DNA of 54,495 nucleotides from Vicugna vicugna (Eukaryota): NCBI GenBank assembly GCA_013265495.1, contig MU057654.1:337558-392052 (forward strand), written 5' to 3'. A program made the translations under genes and the position numbers. Below, piece after piece: positions 11,390 through 24,450 of this stretch (its first letter is position 1; each line of letters begins with the position of its first letter). The notes under the pieces are model-generated. The model was not told the origin of the DNA and did not search any database. It worked only from the letters and a program-made list of their open reading frames with translations.

Positions 11390-11870
11390 GTGAACGCCCC
11401 CGCCTTTCCCTGTCGGTCCAGGTGGTCAGCCCTGTCTATCACCTCACAGTACCCCCCCCATCGCTCTGCTCCCCGATAGCCGCTTCCTCCCCTCTCCTCT
11501 GCCTGCTCATGTCATTGACGCCAAGCCTTTCAGCTACCGTTTACAAGGCACCGCATGAAAAAGAGGCTGGGTTCGGGTGTCTCCGTGGCGAAACAGAAAC
11601 GTGCCTCCAAACTTGAAAATCGTGCTGCTACCCTTCACCCTTGCTCCAGGACTCTCCAATCAACACCCACCCACACCGAGAACCATAGGAATCAGGACAG
11701 GTTTCCTCCTCGTCCTCCTCCTTCCTTACCCAGTCACGCCACCTCCAAAGAAATCGGGGGCTGGTTACCTGAGCAAGAACCGCTATCTGGACCAAGACTT
11801 CAGCATCCTGGTCACGTGAAGCTACGTCACTGGTGAGTTCGGGTCCCAAATTTGCCCTCATATTATTAGG
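11390..11870 (-). promoter_or_regulatory. CpG-enriched promoter and first exon of the ARMCX-like unit
   Basis: Minus strand aaatttgggacccgaactcaccagTGACGTagctTCACGTGACcagg (core 11811-11829) aligns with the other three ARMCX promoters. Candidate donors are CAG|GTAACC (GT 11768-11767) and TGG|GTAAGG (GT 11729-11728). CpGs are retained relative to the flanks. Confidence 0.75.
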
Positions 11871-12504
11871 AAAGCAAACGGTAACCCGCACCCTCCACCC
11901 CCCACCACACAGGAAACTGTCGCTCTTTTTAGTCTTTGCGCACCCAACAAACATATTGTTGATTACTGGAAGAAGCAGCACTTTCTCCGGGCTGCTGGTC
12001 AATTCTACCGCTTCTCTGGGGAATGGTTCTGTCCTTTTCCCTGCTCCCTTCACCTTTTCCCCTGGGAATCACTAATGTTGTCATCTCTGCAGTCCAGAAA
12101 ATACCTGGAAATGAGGATTGGGGGAAGGGGTGTCAGGGAAGTAAGCAGAGAGTAAGAATGGATTTCGTTATTTTCTTGTTAGCACTATTCTCTTTCCTTT
12201 TTTTTTAACTCAAATATGCATTATTTTGTTATTGAAGAATATAATTAGACTATTTTCTTTTAAGAGAAAAATATTATTTTTAAAAAAGGCATGTATCATA
12301 AACAATCATTCCCACTGCATAATGAGCTTTACACATGCCACTCAAAGCAATCTTAATGTCTTCTACATCTTGTCACAGGACAAGATCCTGATTTAATTAA
12401 TCATTTATGTGAGAGTTTACAAATCTGCTAATATGGCATAACCAACTAGGCTTTATTTCTAGAGTGCAGAGAATTGTTACAAGAGGAATGTTAGAAAACT
12501 ATTC

Positions 12505-13030
12505 CTTTTTTTATTCATTTACTGAACATTTACTGAGCACCTACTACATACTGTGCATTGTTCTCAATGCTGTGATTACAGGGGTGAATAAAACAGACTC
12601 AATTTTACATTTAGTGAGAGAGATAAACAAGGTAAATAAACAAAATATATAGTATGTTGTCAGTGATACATACTGAAAAGAAAAAAATTAAAAGCAGGAA
12701 AAGAAGATATGTAAAGTTGAGAGGGGTTAAACTTTCACACAGGGTGGCCAAGGAAGGCATCACTAGAAAGGTGATCTTTGAGTAAAGATCTAAAGTTAGT
12801 GAGGGCTCTATGTGTGGTGATATCTGGGGGAAGAATACCCCAGGCAAGAGGACAAGCAAATGCAAAGTTCTGTGAAGGCAACAAGCCCAGTATGTTCTAG
12901 GAACATCAAGGAGGCCAGGATCTCTCATCTAGAGAGAGTAGTAGAAGATGAGGCAGAGAGGTAATAAGGTTGAAGAGAATAGGGCCCTATCAGTTGTAGG
13001 AAGGACATTAGCATTTACCCTAAACAAGGG
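12505..13030 (-). mobile_element. L2a LINE remnant
   Basis: ttcatttactgaacatttactgagcacctactac is the reverse complement of the L2a 3' end, followed by typical L2 body sequence. Confidence 0.75.
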
Positions 13031-13559
13031 AGGTGAGTGGGGAGTGAACTTGGGAGACTTAGAGTGACAGGGAGATTGGCCTATCCACATCATTCATTAC
13101 AATGGCAAACTGAAGGAGAAAAGAAATCTTACAATCCAAGCATTTGATAAACTGAGTTAGCTAGTCCTAAATTTAAAAAAAAATAGTAAAATAGGAATAA
13201 GTGGAAATTTTGCTTATGCAGTTAAGAATTAAAAATTTATAATTTAATGAATTATTCTTGGTTACATTAAAATAAGCATGAAAGAAAATATCCTTAACCT
13301 GATGTAGACTATAACAGAGACTCTTCTGACCTAGCAGATTCCTCACTCCCTGTGGGCTACCAAGACCACAGAACTTATGACTTACCTCTACTTACTGACT
13401 TTCTTTTTTGATGGGGGAGAAGGAAGGATTTATTACTCATAGCAAGTAAGGAGAACACCAGGGACCTTTCCCAAAGCAATGTCTCTTGACATTATTTCTT
13501 TGCACTGCTTTTTGTGTGATACTGGTAAATGTAAGTAAAAGTAACCTTGAAAAAATAAT

Positions 13560-14380
13560 TAAAATCTATTAGAAATAGTAAAAGTTGCACTAAATGATGA
13601 AACATAAGAGGTATTCTCATTTTCTTCAAGAACAAGATCAGGAGGCATCACCATTAATCAACATAATCCTGGAGGTTCTGTTCAATATAACACATGCAGA
13701 AAAGGAAAACAAAAATGTTATAAATATTGGAAAGGAAGAAATGTAAAAATCATCATTTGGAGATGATTATGTATACATACCTGGAAAAACTAAAGTTATC
13801 ACTTTGGAAAACTGTTGGGATTAATGAGACAGATCACAAAAGTTGGCAGATCCAAAATAAATATATAATAGTTTAACATTTTCCCTAAGAAAATCACCTA
13901 TCAGAAATTGTAATTGGAGAAAAGAATAGCATTTCAGCAACACAGACTACTAAATACCTAGGAAAAACCTAACAAGTAATAGGGATTACTTAGCTGAAGA
14001 AATTCACAAAATTTGATGAATAAGCATAAAACTAGATCTGAGCAAAATGGAGACATGTCATATTCCTGGAGAGGAAGTCTCAGTTTAAAATGTTAATATT
14101 CCTCAAATTAATCTGCAGGTTTACTACAATGATAATACAAATTCTAAATGCTTATTATTTGTTTATTGTTGCTCAATTCAGAACTTGATTAATAAGCACA
14201 AATGCACTTACTAATATGCATATAAAAAGAAAGATGGAAATCATTAGCAACGACTTCAATTGAAAAGATACCACAGAGCCCTTTCCCTGTATACTTTACA
14301 TATTTCTTTATTGTTTTGAATATTTTAAACCATATATATATATAACTTTCATTATCAGAAAAAAAAAGATATTCCTAATC
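13560..14380 (+). mobile_element. Old L1M ORF2/3' remnants
   Basis: catcatttggagatgattatgtatacatacctggaaaaac; aaatacctaggaaaaacctaacaag; catgtcatattcctggagaggaag. Confidence 0.6.
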
Positions 14381-16149
14381 TGAACTATTTTATATAACAC
14401 AAACTCTCTAGGCCATTGTATTGGTTCTTAACATCTAGGGCAGGGATCTCAGACCCCTTGAGAAATTGATGAGATAAATGACCTCTATTAGCCACCCCCC
14501 CAATGCAATTAATTACACAAACACTCACAAACAAAACCTTGTGTGCAATTTCACGTAGAACACAGAGATGGCCAGCTGAGACCGCCTTCTCTAGGTTAAT
14601 CACATGGTCAGTGGGGAGACTCCTTGGGCCCAGGCATACAGTTGGGTAGGGGGACACCAAGGTGGGTGTGGGCTGTGGGCAGTAACCCTGAAGCAAGGCT
14701 AGTTTCTCCCTGGGTGCCCTGAGGTGAGGAGACCAGAGGTGAGAGGCCAGCAGGCTGTACCTCTCAGGCCAGGTGGTAGCAGCAGACACCGTCAGGAACA
14801 AGGTGAACTCAGCCACTGTGAATAAGGGCAGGGCGAGCAGGCCTGGGAGTTTCCCCCAGCAATCTTTGTGGAAACCCTGCAGCAGCAAGGGTAAGTGGGA
14901 ACAGCAATTCCTTCTCTGGACCCCCAAGTTACCTCTGTGGGAGTCGGAGGGAGGGAGGGAAGAGAGGAAGAAGCCAAAGGCATTTACTCAGGTTGATCAC
15001 TTGAGTGAAGGTGGCATTTACCACCTTGGTCACCCATCTATGTATACTTTTGGGGTGAGCAACAGTGTCCGGTGCCCAAATGCAGGGGATGAGAGGTTCT
15101 GGAATATAGAAGAGGTGGGAGGGCAGCACCTTCTTCACTCCCCTCTTGACAGGCCTGGAAGGATTTGACCATCTCTGCAACCCTCACATCCATCATTTCC
15201 TTGGCCCGACAGCTCTTCCTTTTGCCCAGAGCTGAATCACAAAACTGGAACCTAATCCAGGGACAGGTGTTCAAAACTGTCATGGTTACAGCCATCAAAT
15301 TACAAGAGGTTCACACAGCAGTCAGCAGTGGTTTGGGAACATTAAATAAATGTGTTTCTCTAACAGAACAAGACAGGATCATTTATTTATCAAACTTAAA
15401 AGCTGTCCCAGAAGGAGAAAAAGTTGGATATTATTTGTCCATAATAAATAAGATCAGACAACTGAACATCTCTCCATGGATCAATTTACAGATCATATGG
15501 AAACAAACTTATCTTGTTGAGAAAAAATTCCATTTTAAAATATTCAAATACCTTAGCATGTTTTGAAAACTATTTCCTATGTGGCTAATAGAATTCATTT
15601 TCTATGTGTTAAAAATTAACCAAATTAGTGGTGCTTTCCACTATTAATGGGAAATCTTTTTTCTAAAACATGCCTACTCTTTTGTTGTTGTTGTTGCTGC
15701 TTCCCACACTGAACTCTTGTTTTGTTGTATTTTCTTACCATAATAATAAAGGGTGGTGATAGCTTTAAAAACAAAGCAGAGAAGTATTACAAAAGACCCC
15801 ACTACCACTCCTTGTCTCCTCTCTGACATCCTGCCCCTTATCTATACTGGAGCAGGGTCCCAACTGCAAGGTAAATGGTGGGCGCTAGGAGATGGGAGAT
15901 TAGAGGAGAAAGAAGGAAGAGTGTCCAGTTGCCCAGGAAACGATGAGATAATTCCCCCAGCAAAAAGGTACAAATTGTCAATACCCTCCAAGAAGATGCA
16001 CCCCCTCCCCTGTAACCAGAGAAAGGCAAATTCTTACACAGAGAAAAGGTGTTACTTTTGGCCTCTGGGACTACAAAGACAAAAAACTGAGTGACAGAAC
16101 CTGATGTGATGGGGTGAGGTGGGAGTGGGGGTAAAGGAGGGGGCTCGTG

Positions 16150-17560
16150 CTGTTGGTGGGAGTGGAAATTGGGGACCCAAGCTTACTGGCGATGCAGCCC
16201 TCACGTGACCAGGAGCTGACGTGGGCAAAGGTACTTAAAGCCCTGACCGCCGTCCTCCGTCCTCCTCTGGGTACCAACTCTATTGCGCTGCGTACTGCCG
16301 TGCATTTAACCCAGGCGAGGAGGCGGAGGAGAAAATTCCCCCAGATCCGGGCAGGTGGGTGTGAGGGTGGGCATGGCCTGGCACCCCTGTTTAGGAGTAG
16401 CCCAGAGATGCGGGAGTCTGAGGCCGCGGGTGCCTCCTCCTTGCCAGCCCTTGGCCGGCTCTCCAGACCCCCGCGCTCAGTCGCAGCTCATTTTGGTGGG
16501 CGGCGGGAGAGGGGGAGGGGGGAACGTAAAGACGCTGATATACTTGCGGAGAATCCGCTTACTTCCTCTCCCAGCCAATGTTTTTCTGGTTCTGTTTTTG
16601 ACACTCAGGCCCCGCACCCCACATCCCGTCTGGTTTGAGAGGAGGAGGGAAGAGAAATAAACGTGGCAGCGCATATAAGGCCAGTGGGGAGGTTGGGAAA
16701 GGGTGATCGGAGGGGCACGCAATTAGGAAACAATCTGGCCTGTTCACTCCCACTCTCACTTCGCAGACATCTCCCCCGACCATCGCCCCCGCACCCTCCC
16801 CTTCCCCCCCGGGGGCCCCTAGTCCTTTGGGGGTGCTGGGAAATGGGTGTGCCAGCCTTTGTAGGGGAGGTGGCGGGTCTGGCTCTGTGTGGGCTTCACA
16901 GGAGGGGAGATCCTGAGAGAATCTGGTATTAAACCGCGTGCTAAGCCCCAGGCTGCTTTCCAGACACTTCCAGCTCACACAGTGCTTCGCTCCTGTTTTT
17001 TCAGCCCTGAAAAAGGAGTTCGGGTACGCAGGCGGGAGAAATGGCGGTTAACAGGGGATTGGAATGGGGGGTGGGAGGCGGAGTCCAAGAGCGGAGGAAC
17101 AGTGGAAAAACACGACAATCAAACCGAAAGGGCAAACATTGGGGCCCCTGTTCTGCAGGCTGATGCTAGGCCTAGCATGGGTGGTCATAGTAGGGAGATG
17201 CTAGTTGGTTCGGCTGTAATCCCCAGTCCCGCGTCCCATCCAGCTTTCCCTGCACCATCGCCCCGCCCCCTCCCGCTTCGGTGCAGGAGAAGGGGTGTGG
17301 CCGAGTGTCCCCGAGAAATGGCGGACAGGGAGGCGGGGCAAAGGGAAGGAGGGGTTGAGAGGGAATTGAGAGGTGGAACCGTTTGTCTTTCTCGTATGTG
17401 AATGCTAAAAAGCAATTGGGGACTCTCGTCTTGGGTCCGTGCCATCCACCAGGCTCTGTCTCCAACGTCTTCTGTCTGTATTTCTGCCCTTCAGTCTGCC
17501 CTTAGGATGAAGCTCTAACTGAACTGAAGGAAGGAGAAACAGCCCTGAATCCTTGGAGGT
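16150..17560 (+). promoter_or_regulatory. ARMCX2: ARMCX2 CpG-island promoter and non-coding 5' exons
   Basis: TCACGTGAC at 16201-16209 and TGACGT at 16217-16222; exon-1 donor CAG|GTGGGT at 16354/16355; YY1-like aaatggcgg near 17040 and 17317; GC/CpG-rich. Confidence 0.8.
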
Positions 17561-17878
17561 CAGTGCGGGGAGTGGGAATGCTTTGAGAACCCCTGGTATA
17601 GGTGTGGCAGAAACCAGAGCAGAAATTGGGACCAGAGGCTCCCCTTCCTCCACCTTCTCCCTCTTAACAAGACACCCTTGCCCTGGGCTTGTCCTTTTTG
17701 GTTCTGGGAAAGGGGTGTGGCATTTGCCTTCTTAAATGAGAGTTTGAGGAGGAAATGATATGAAGGGAGAGAGGAGCCCTAAGAGGGAGAAACTTGCCCA
17801 CAGGGGTTCAAATCAGGAAAAGAAGAGAATCCATCTACCAAAGGCCCCCAAAATGCCCTTTCTGGGATCTCTCAACAG

Positions 17879-17949
17879 GTGTGTCCGCCACTGGGGCCTG
17901 CACAGCTACAAACTTTGTGAAGAAGAGCAAATTGTTCCTGCTCCAGCAG
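17879..17949 (+). other. ARMCX2: Probable non-coding 5'-UTR exon of ARMCX2
   Basis: ctctcaacAG|gtgtg ... ccagcag|GTtggt; the coding-exon acceptor follows at 18296/18297. Confidence 0.5.
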
Positions 17950-18338
17950 GTTGGTATGTGTATGAGCGTCATCTGGGGACCTCTGAGGTGGGGTTGAGGG
18001 AATCGAGCAGAACCTGGGATTCTTTCTGGCTCTCCAGCAGCTTTCCTGAAGTCTTTACTGTCTCTCATCCCCCATTTAGGTGCTGGGAAATTAGGTGTGT
18101 TGACACTGGGCAGGCTGTGCTAGGGATGAAGGATGTAGAAAATATTGGACAACCAGGGTCCTGAATCAGCAAACACAAGCCTTAACACCTGTAGCCCACT
18201 CACCAAGCATTATGTCCCCAAACTCTCCTCTAAGTAGACCTGGTTAGGCATGAAGTGAGCCAGAGCCCTAAGGCTCATTTTTACCCTTTACCCCAGGTCC
18301 TGCTTGGCTTTCAGCCTCCGCAGAACTTGCAAGCCTGA

Positions 18339-20342
<2,004 letters not shown>

Positions 20343-20724
20343 TTGGCTATGTGCTCTCAAAGATGTAGAAGAAATGTCTGATTTTGCAATCTGGAAGCAA
20401 TGAAAATTGAAAGTTACTGCTTTTCCACTTGCTTATATAGTAAAGGGATCCTTTCAGCTGCCACTTTTGAATAATGTATCATCCAGAGTGATGTTATCTG
20501 TGACAGTCTCCAGCTTTAAGCTGAACCATTTTATGAATACCAAATAAATAGTCCTCTTGTACGGAAAACACATTTGTGATTTTAATCATGCTGCTTGAAT
20601 GGAAATATTTGTACTGGTTCTTCTATGTGAATTGACAGTGAACCTGTCCATCATGAATAGCCTACACTTCTGTCATTTGTTTTGACTTGAATTTATCCAC
20701 CAAAGACTTCATTTGTGTGTCATT

Positions 20725-20730
20725 AATAAA
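20725..20730 (+). terminator. Polyadenylation signal of ARMCX2 (a second AATAAA at 20543-20548)
   Basis: AATAAA ~380 nt after the stop codon. Confidence 0.7.
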
Positions 20731-20839
20731 GTTGTATGTTTCAATGGACAAAAAAAATGTTCTCTTGCTTGAATTTGAAATCTAGCTGGAAAGATAAGGT
20801 ACAGAAATACAAAAGGATTATTAACAGTACCTGGACATA

Positions 20840-21150
20840 TGCTCATTGTCAAATATATGCTATCTACTTAAATGAAGCAGAAGTTGCTAGAAAGCTTCAA
20901 GGAGAGAAGGCATACTTAAGCTGAGCCCTGAAGGACAGCATGAAAAAACAGAAGAGCATTCCAGGAGGGGAAATGGCTTGAAGAAAGATGCGGAGGTAGG
21001 AAATCTGTTCTAGTGGCAGGAAGGTTCCATTGCCTAGAATGGAAGCTGTGGGAAGACAAGTGATGAGAGATAGAGGTGGAGATGTAGGGTGAGGAAGTTT
21101 AGGGAAGATCCTGAACCCCAAGCTGAGATATTGAAATACCATCCTGTCAT
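20840..21150 (-). mobile_element. L2 remnant
   Basis: ttaagctgagccctgaaggac...gagcattccaggaggggaaatggc, typical antisense L2. Confidence 0.6.
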
Positions 21151-22218
21151 TTTCTGGAAGTTACTTAACTTTTTTGGCAAAAGGAAAAATAATCTGATGG
21201 GCATGTGCAAAATGGATTGAAGCTGGGATGGTTAGGTGTGGAAACATTTATTAGGAAGTTGTGATAAACCAACCGTGAGATGAAGAGTGAAATAGAGGGG
21301 TGACTATAGGAAATGTTACGGAATGATGGTAGTAACAGATGCTTATGAAAAAAAAAGTACCAAGATCTGCTGCCTTGGCTGTAAGTCGACAGAGAGGAAA
21401 GATTGCATGATCTGGTGCAGTTTCTGACAGAGAAAGCGATCTTTCTTGGGCAATTCTGGCAACTAAGTAATGCCACAGTTACCATTTCTAATGATGAGAA
21501 AAAGCAATGTGACACAAAGAATGACTCTTGGTGCAAAGAGTGATTTTTTCCCCTCAAGTTAGAGATCTAGGTCTGCCTTTTTTTAGAAGAAGGGCAGTGG
21601 TGAGGCCTTTATGGGAACCCTTCCCTCACCCCTGAGTTCACATAAGAGCAGGAAGATAGTCCTTCATCTCTTTCCTGGCCCACTGAAGCACTGAAAGAAG
21701 AAAACGAGAGAAGTCCCAGAGATTTTCCAAACCCTGCCTGCTTCCTGACACCTCTCAATGAAATCTGCATTTTGGTGCAAGTATATGGTAGGCTGTGGCA
21801 GAGATAGAAATAGGGATTCCTGGGAGGTGGCGGGGGGGCACATGGAGAAGGGACAGGTTGGCATAACACATTGGTACAACTTATCCAGGAGCAATTTGGT
21901 AACCTGAATAAGAAGCTTTAATAATGTGCCTGCCTTTCAGCCAAGGATTCCACTTGTAGAACTTTTTCCCTAAGGAATAATCAAATAATTGTACATACAG
22001 GATTATACAAGGATGTTCAATTGAGCAGTGTTTCTAAGAGAAAAAGCAGAAGTAACTTAAATGTCTAACACTACAGACTTGGCTAAACAATAGGTGGTAT
22101 GACCACACAGTAAAATATGATTAACTATTAAAAACTGTGATGTACTTTCACATTGGCATGAAAAGGCATTGACTGTATGTAAGAGTCTGTGGTATCAGTC
22201 AAAAAAGGCTCCTGCAAG

Positions 22219-23623
22219 GCAAGAATATACAACGGTGAAAAGCCTCTTCAGCCAGTGGTGTTGGGAAAGCTGGACAGTTACATGTAAATCAATGAAGTTA
22301 GAATACTCCCTCACACCATACACAAAAATAAACTCAAAATGCCTTCAAGTCTTAAATATAAGAAAAGACACTATAAACTTTCTAGGAGAAAACAGGCAAA
22401 CATTCTCTGACATAAATCTTAGCAATGTTCTCCTAGGGGAGTCTACCAAGACAATAGAAATAAAAGCAAAAATAAACAAATGGGACCTAATTAAACTTAT
22501 AAGCTTTTGCACAGCAAAGGAAACTATAAAGAAAATGATAAGACAAAGTACATTATTGGGAAAAATATTTGCAAATGATGCAACTAAGGGCTTAATTTCC
22601 AGAATATAAAAATAGCTCAAACAACTCAATAACAAAAAACAAACGAACAACCCAATTGAAAAATGGACAGAAGACCTAAACAAACATTTCTCCAATGAAG
22701 ACATACAAATGACCAATAGGCACATGAAAAAATGCTCAATGTCACTAATTATCAGAGAAATGCAAATCAAAACTACAATGAGTGTCACTTCACACTAATC
22801 ACAATGGCCATCATTAAAAAGTCCACAAACAATAAAAGCTGGGGAGGGTGTGGAGAAAAGGGAACCTTCCTATACTGTTGAAGGGAATGTAGTTTGGTGC
22901 AGCCATTATGGAAAAGAGTATGGAGATTCCTCGAAAAACTAAAAATAGAGTTACCATATGACACAGCAATCCTACTCCTGGGCATATATCTGGAGAGAAC
23001 TCTAATTTGAAAATACACATGCACTCTAATGTTCATAGCAGCACTATTTACAATATCCAAGACATGGAAGCGACCTAAATGTCCATCAACAGATGACTGG
23101 ATAAAGAAGCTATAGTGTATATATATAATGGAATACTACTCAGCCACAAAAACGAATAAAATAATGTCATTCGCAGCAACACGGATGGACCCGGAGATTG
23201 TTATACTAAGTGAAGTAAACCAGAAAGAGAAAGAAAAATACACTATGATATCACTCATATGTGGGATCTTTAAAAAATGACACAAATGAACCTATTTACA
23301 AAACATAAACAGACTCACAAACATAGAAAACAAACTTATGGTTACCAGGGGGGAAAGGGCTGGGGTGGAGGGATAAATTGGGAGATCAAGATTTACAGAT
23401 ACTAACCACCATACATAAACTAGATAAACAACATGGTCTTACTGTATAGCACAGGCGACTATATTCAGTAACTGTAATAGCCTATAATGAAAAAGAATAT
23501 GAAAAGAAATATGTATATATGTATAACTGAATCACTATGCTGTACACCAGAAACTAACACAACATTGTAAACCAACTTTACATTGATTTAAATAAATAAA
23601 TTACAACACACACACACACACAC
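22219..23623 (+). mobile_element. 5'-truncated L1 (ORF2 C-terminus + 3' UTR) with 17-bp TSD and (CA)n tail
   Basis: ORF 22169-22609 encodes L1 ORF2p-like SLFSQWCWESW...LTPYTKINSK...[13 protein letters not shown] is aaaaaggctcctgcaag (22202-22218) / aaaaagactcctgcaag (23624-23640). Confidence 0.92.
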
Positions 23624-23722
23624 AAAAAGACTCCTGCAAGTGAAAGTCGGTGAAAATTCTTTCAGATGTTTATTATGTCATTTCAGTGTATTTTTACACA
23701 GAGTTGGAATCATATTGTACAC

Positions 23723-24450
23723 CAGTGGTTCCCAACATGTAGTCCACAGACCACTAAAAGTCCCTGAAACTGTAAGGTCAAAATTATTTCAAAATCATAC
23801 TAACATATTATTTGCTATTTTTAGTAGGTTGATGTTTGCACTAATGGTGCACAAGCAACGGTGGATAAAACTGCTGGGACCTCAGCATAGATCAAGGCAG
23901 TGTCCCCAAACTGTACTAGTAGTGACTGATTTCTTTACAGCCATATACTCAACAAAAATTTTTTAACAATTTCATTTTAAAATGTCCTTAATGCAATCCT
24001 TACTTATAATAAAATTATAGTTTGTATTAAATCTCAATGCTTGAGTGTATATCATCTTTTTTAAATTCTGTGTAATAAAATAGGAAGTGTGTACAAAGTA
24101 CTTCTGCACAGCTTAATACAATGGCTGCCTCAAAGGAAAACATTTGCACAATCATTTGAGCTGTGCCCTGAATTAGCTGCTTTTTTTCATGGAAAAGCAT
24201 TTTTACTTTAAAGAATGACTGGCAGAAAAACTATGATTTTTCAGACTTAAGTATTGGGTAAACATTTTCTTGAAAATGAATGAGATAAGCCTTCAAGGAA
24301 AACAACTGATAGTATTTGTCACCAACAATAAAATTTGAGCTTTCAGAAAAATTGAATTTTGGAAAGCTTGTATCCACAGCCATAGGCTTGATGGCTTGTA
24401 ATACTTAAGGATTTTTCTGAAGAGATCAGTGGTGATAATAATGAAGGTGA
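23723..24450 (+). mobile_element. hAT-Charlie (Charlie1-like) DNA transposon fragment
   Basis: Starts cagtggttcccaac; internal catttttactttaaagaatgactggcagaaaaactatgatttttcagactt and cttcaaggaaaacaactgatagtatttgtcaccaac are Charlie1-type. Confidence 0.75.

Noticed and set aside
10978..11442. 154-aa minus-strand ORF overlapping the ARMCX-like unit
   Set aside because: Different frame from the ARMCX-homologous one, non-ATG start, and it reads through the intron and (GA)n tract.
16147..17653. Multiple 80-170 aa ORFs over the ARMCX2 promoter
   Set aside because: By-products of the GC-rich CpG island; no family similarity.
22169..23060. ORFs of 146/147/91 aa
   Set aside because: L1 ORF2 remnant and its antisense frames, not host genes.
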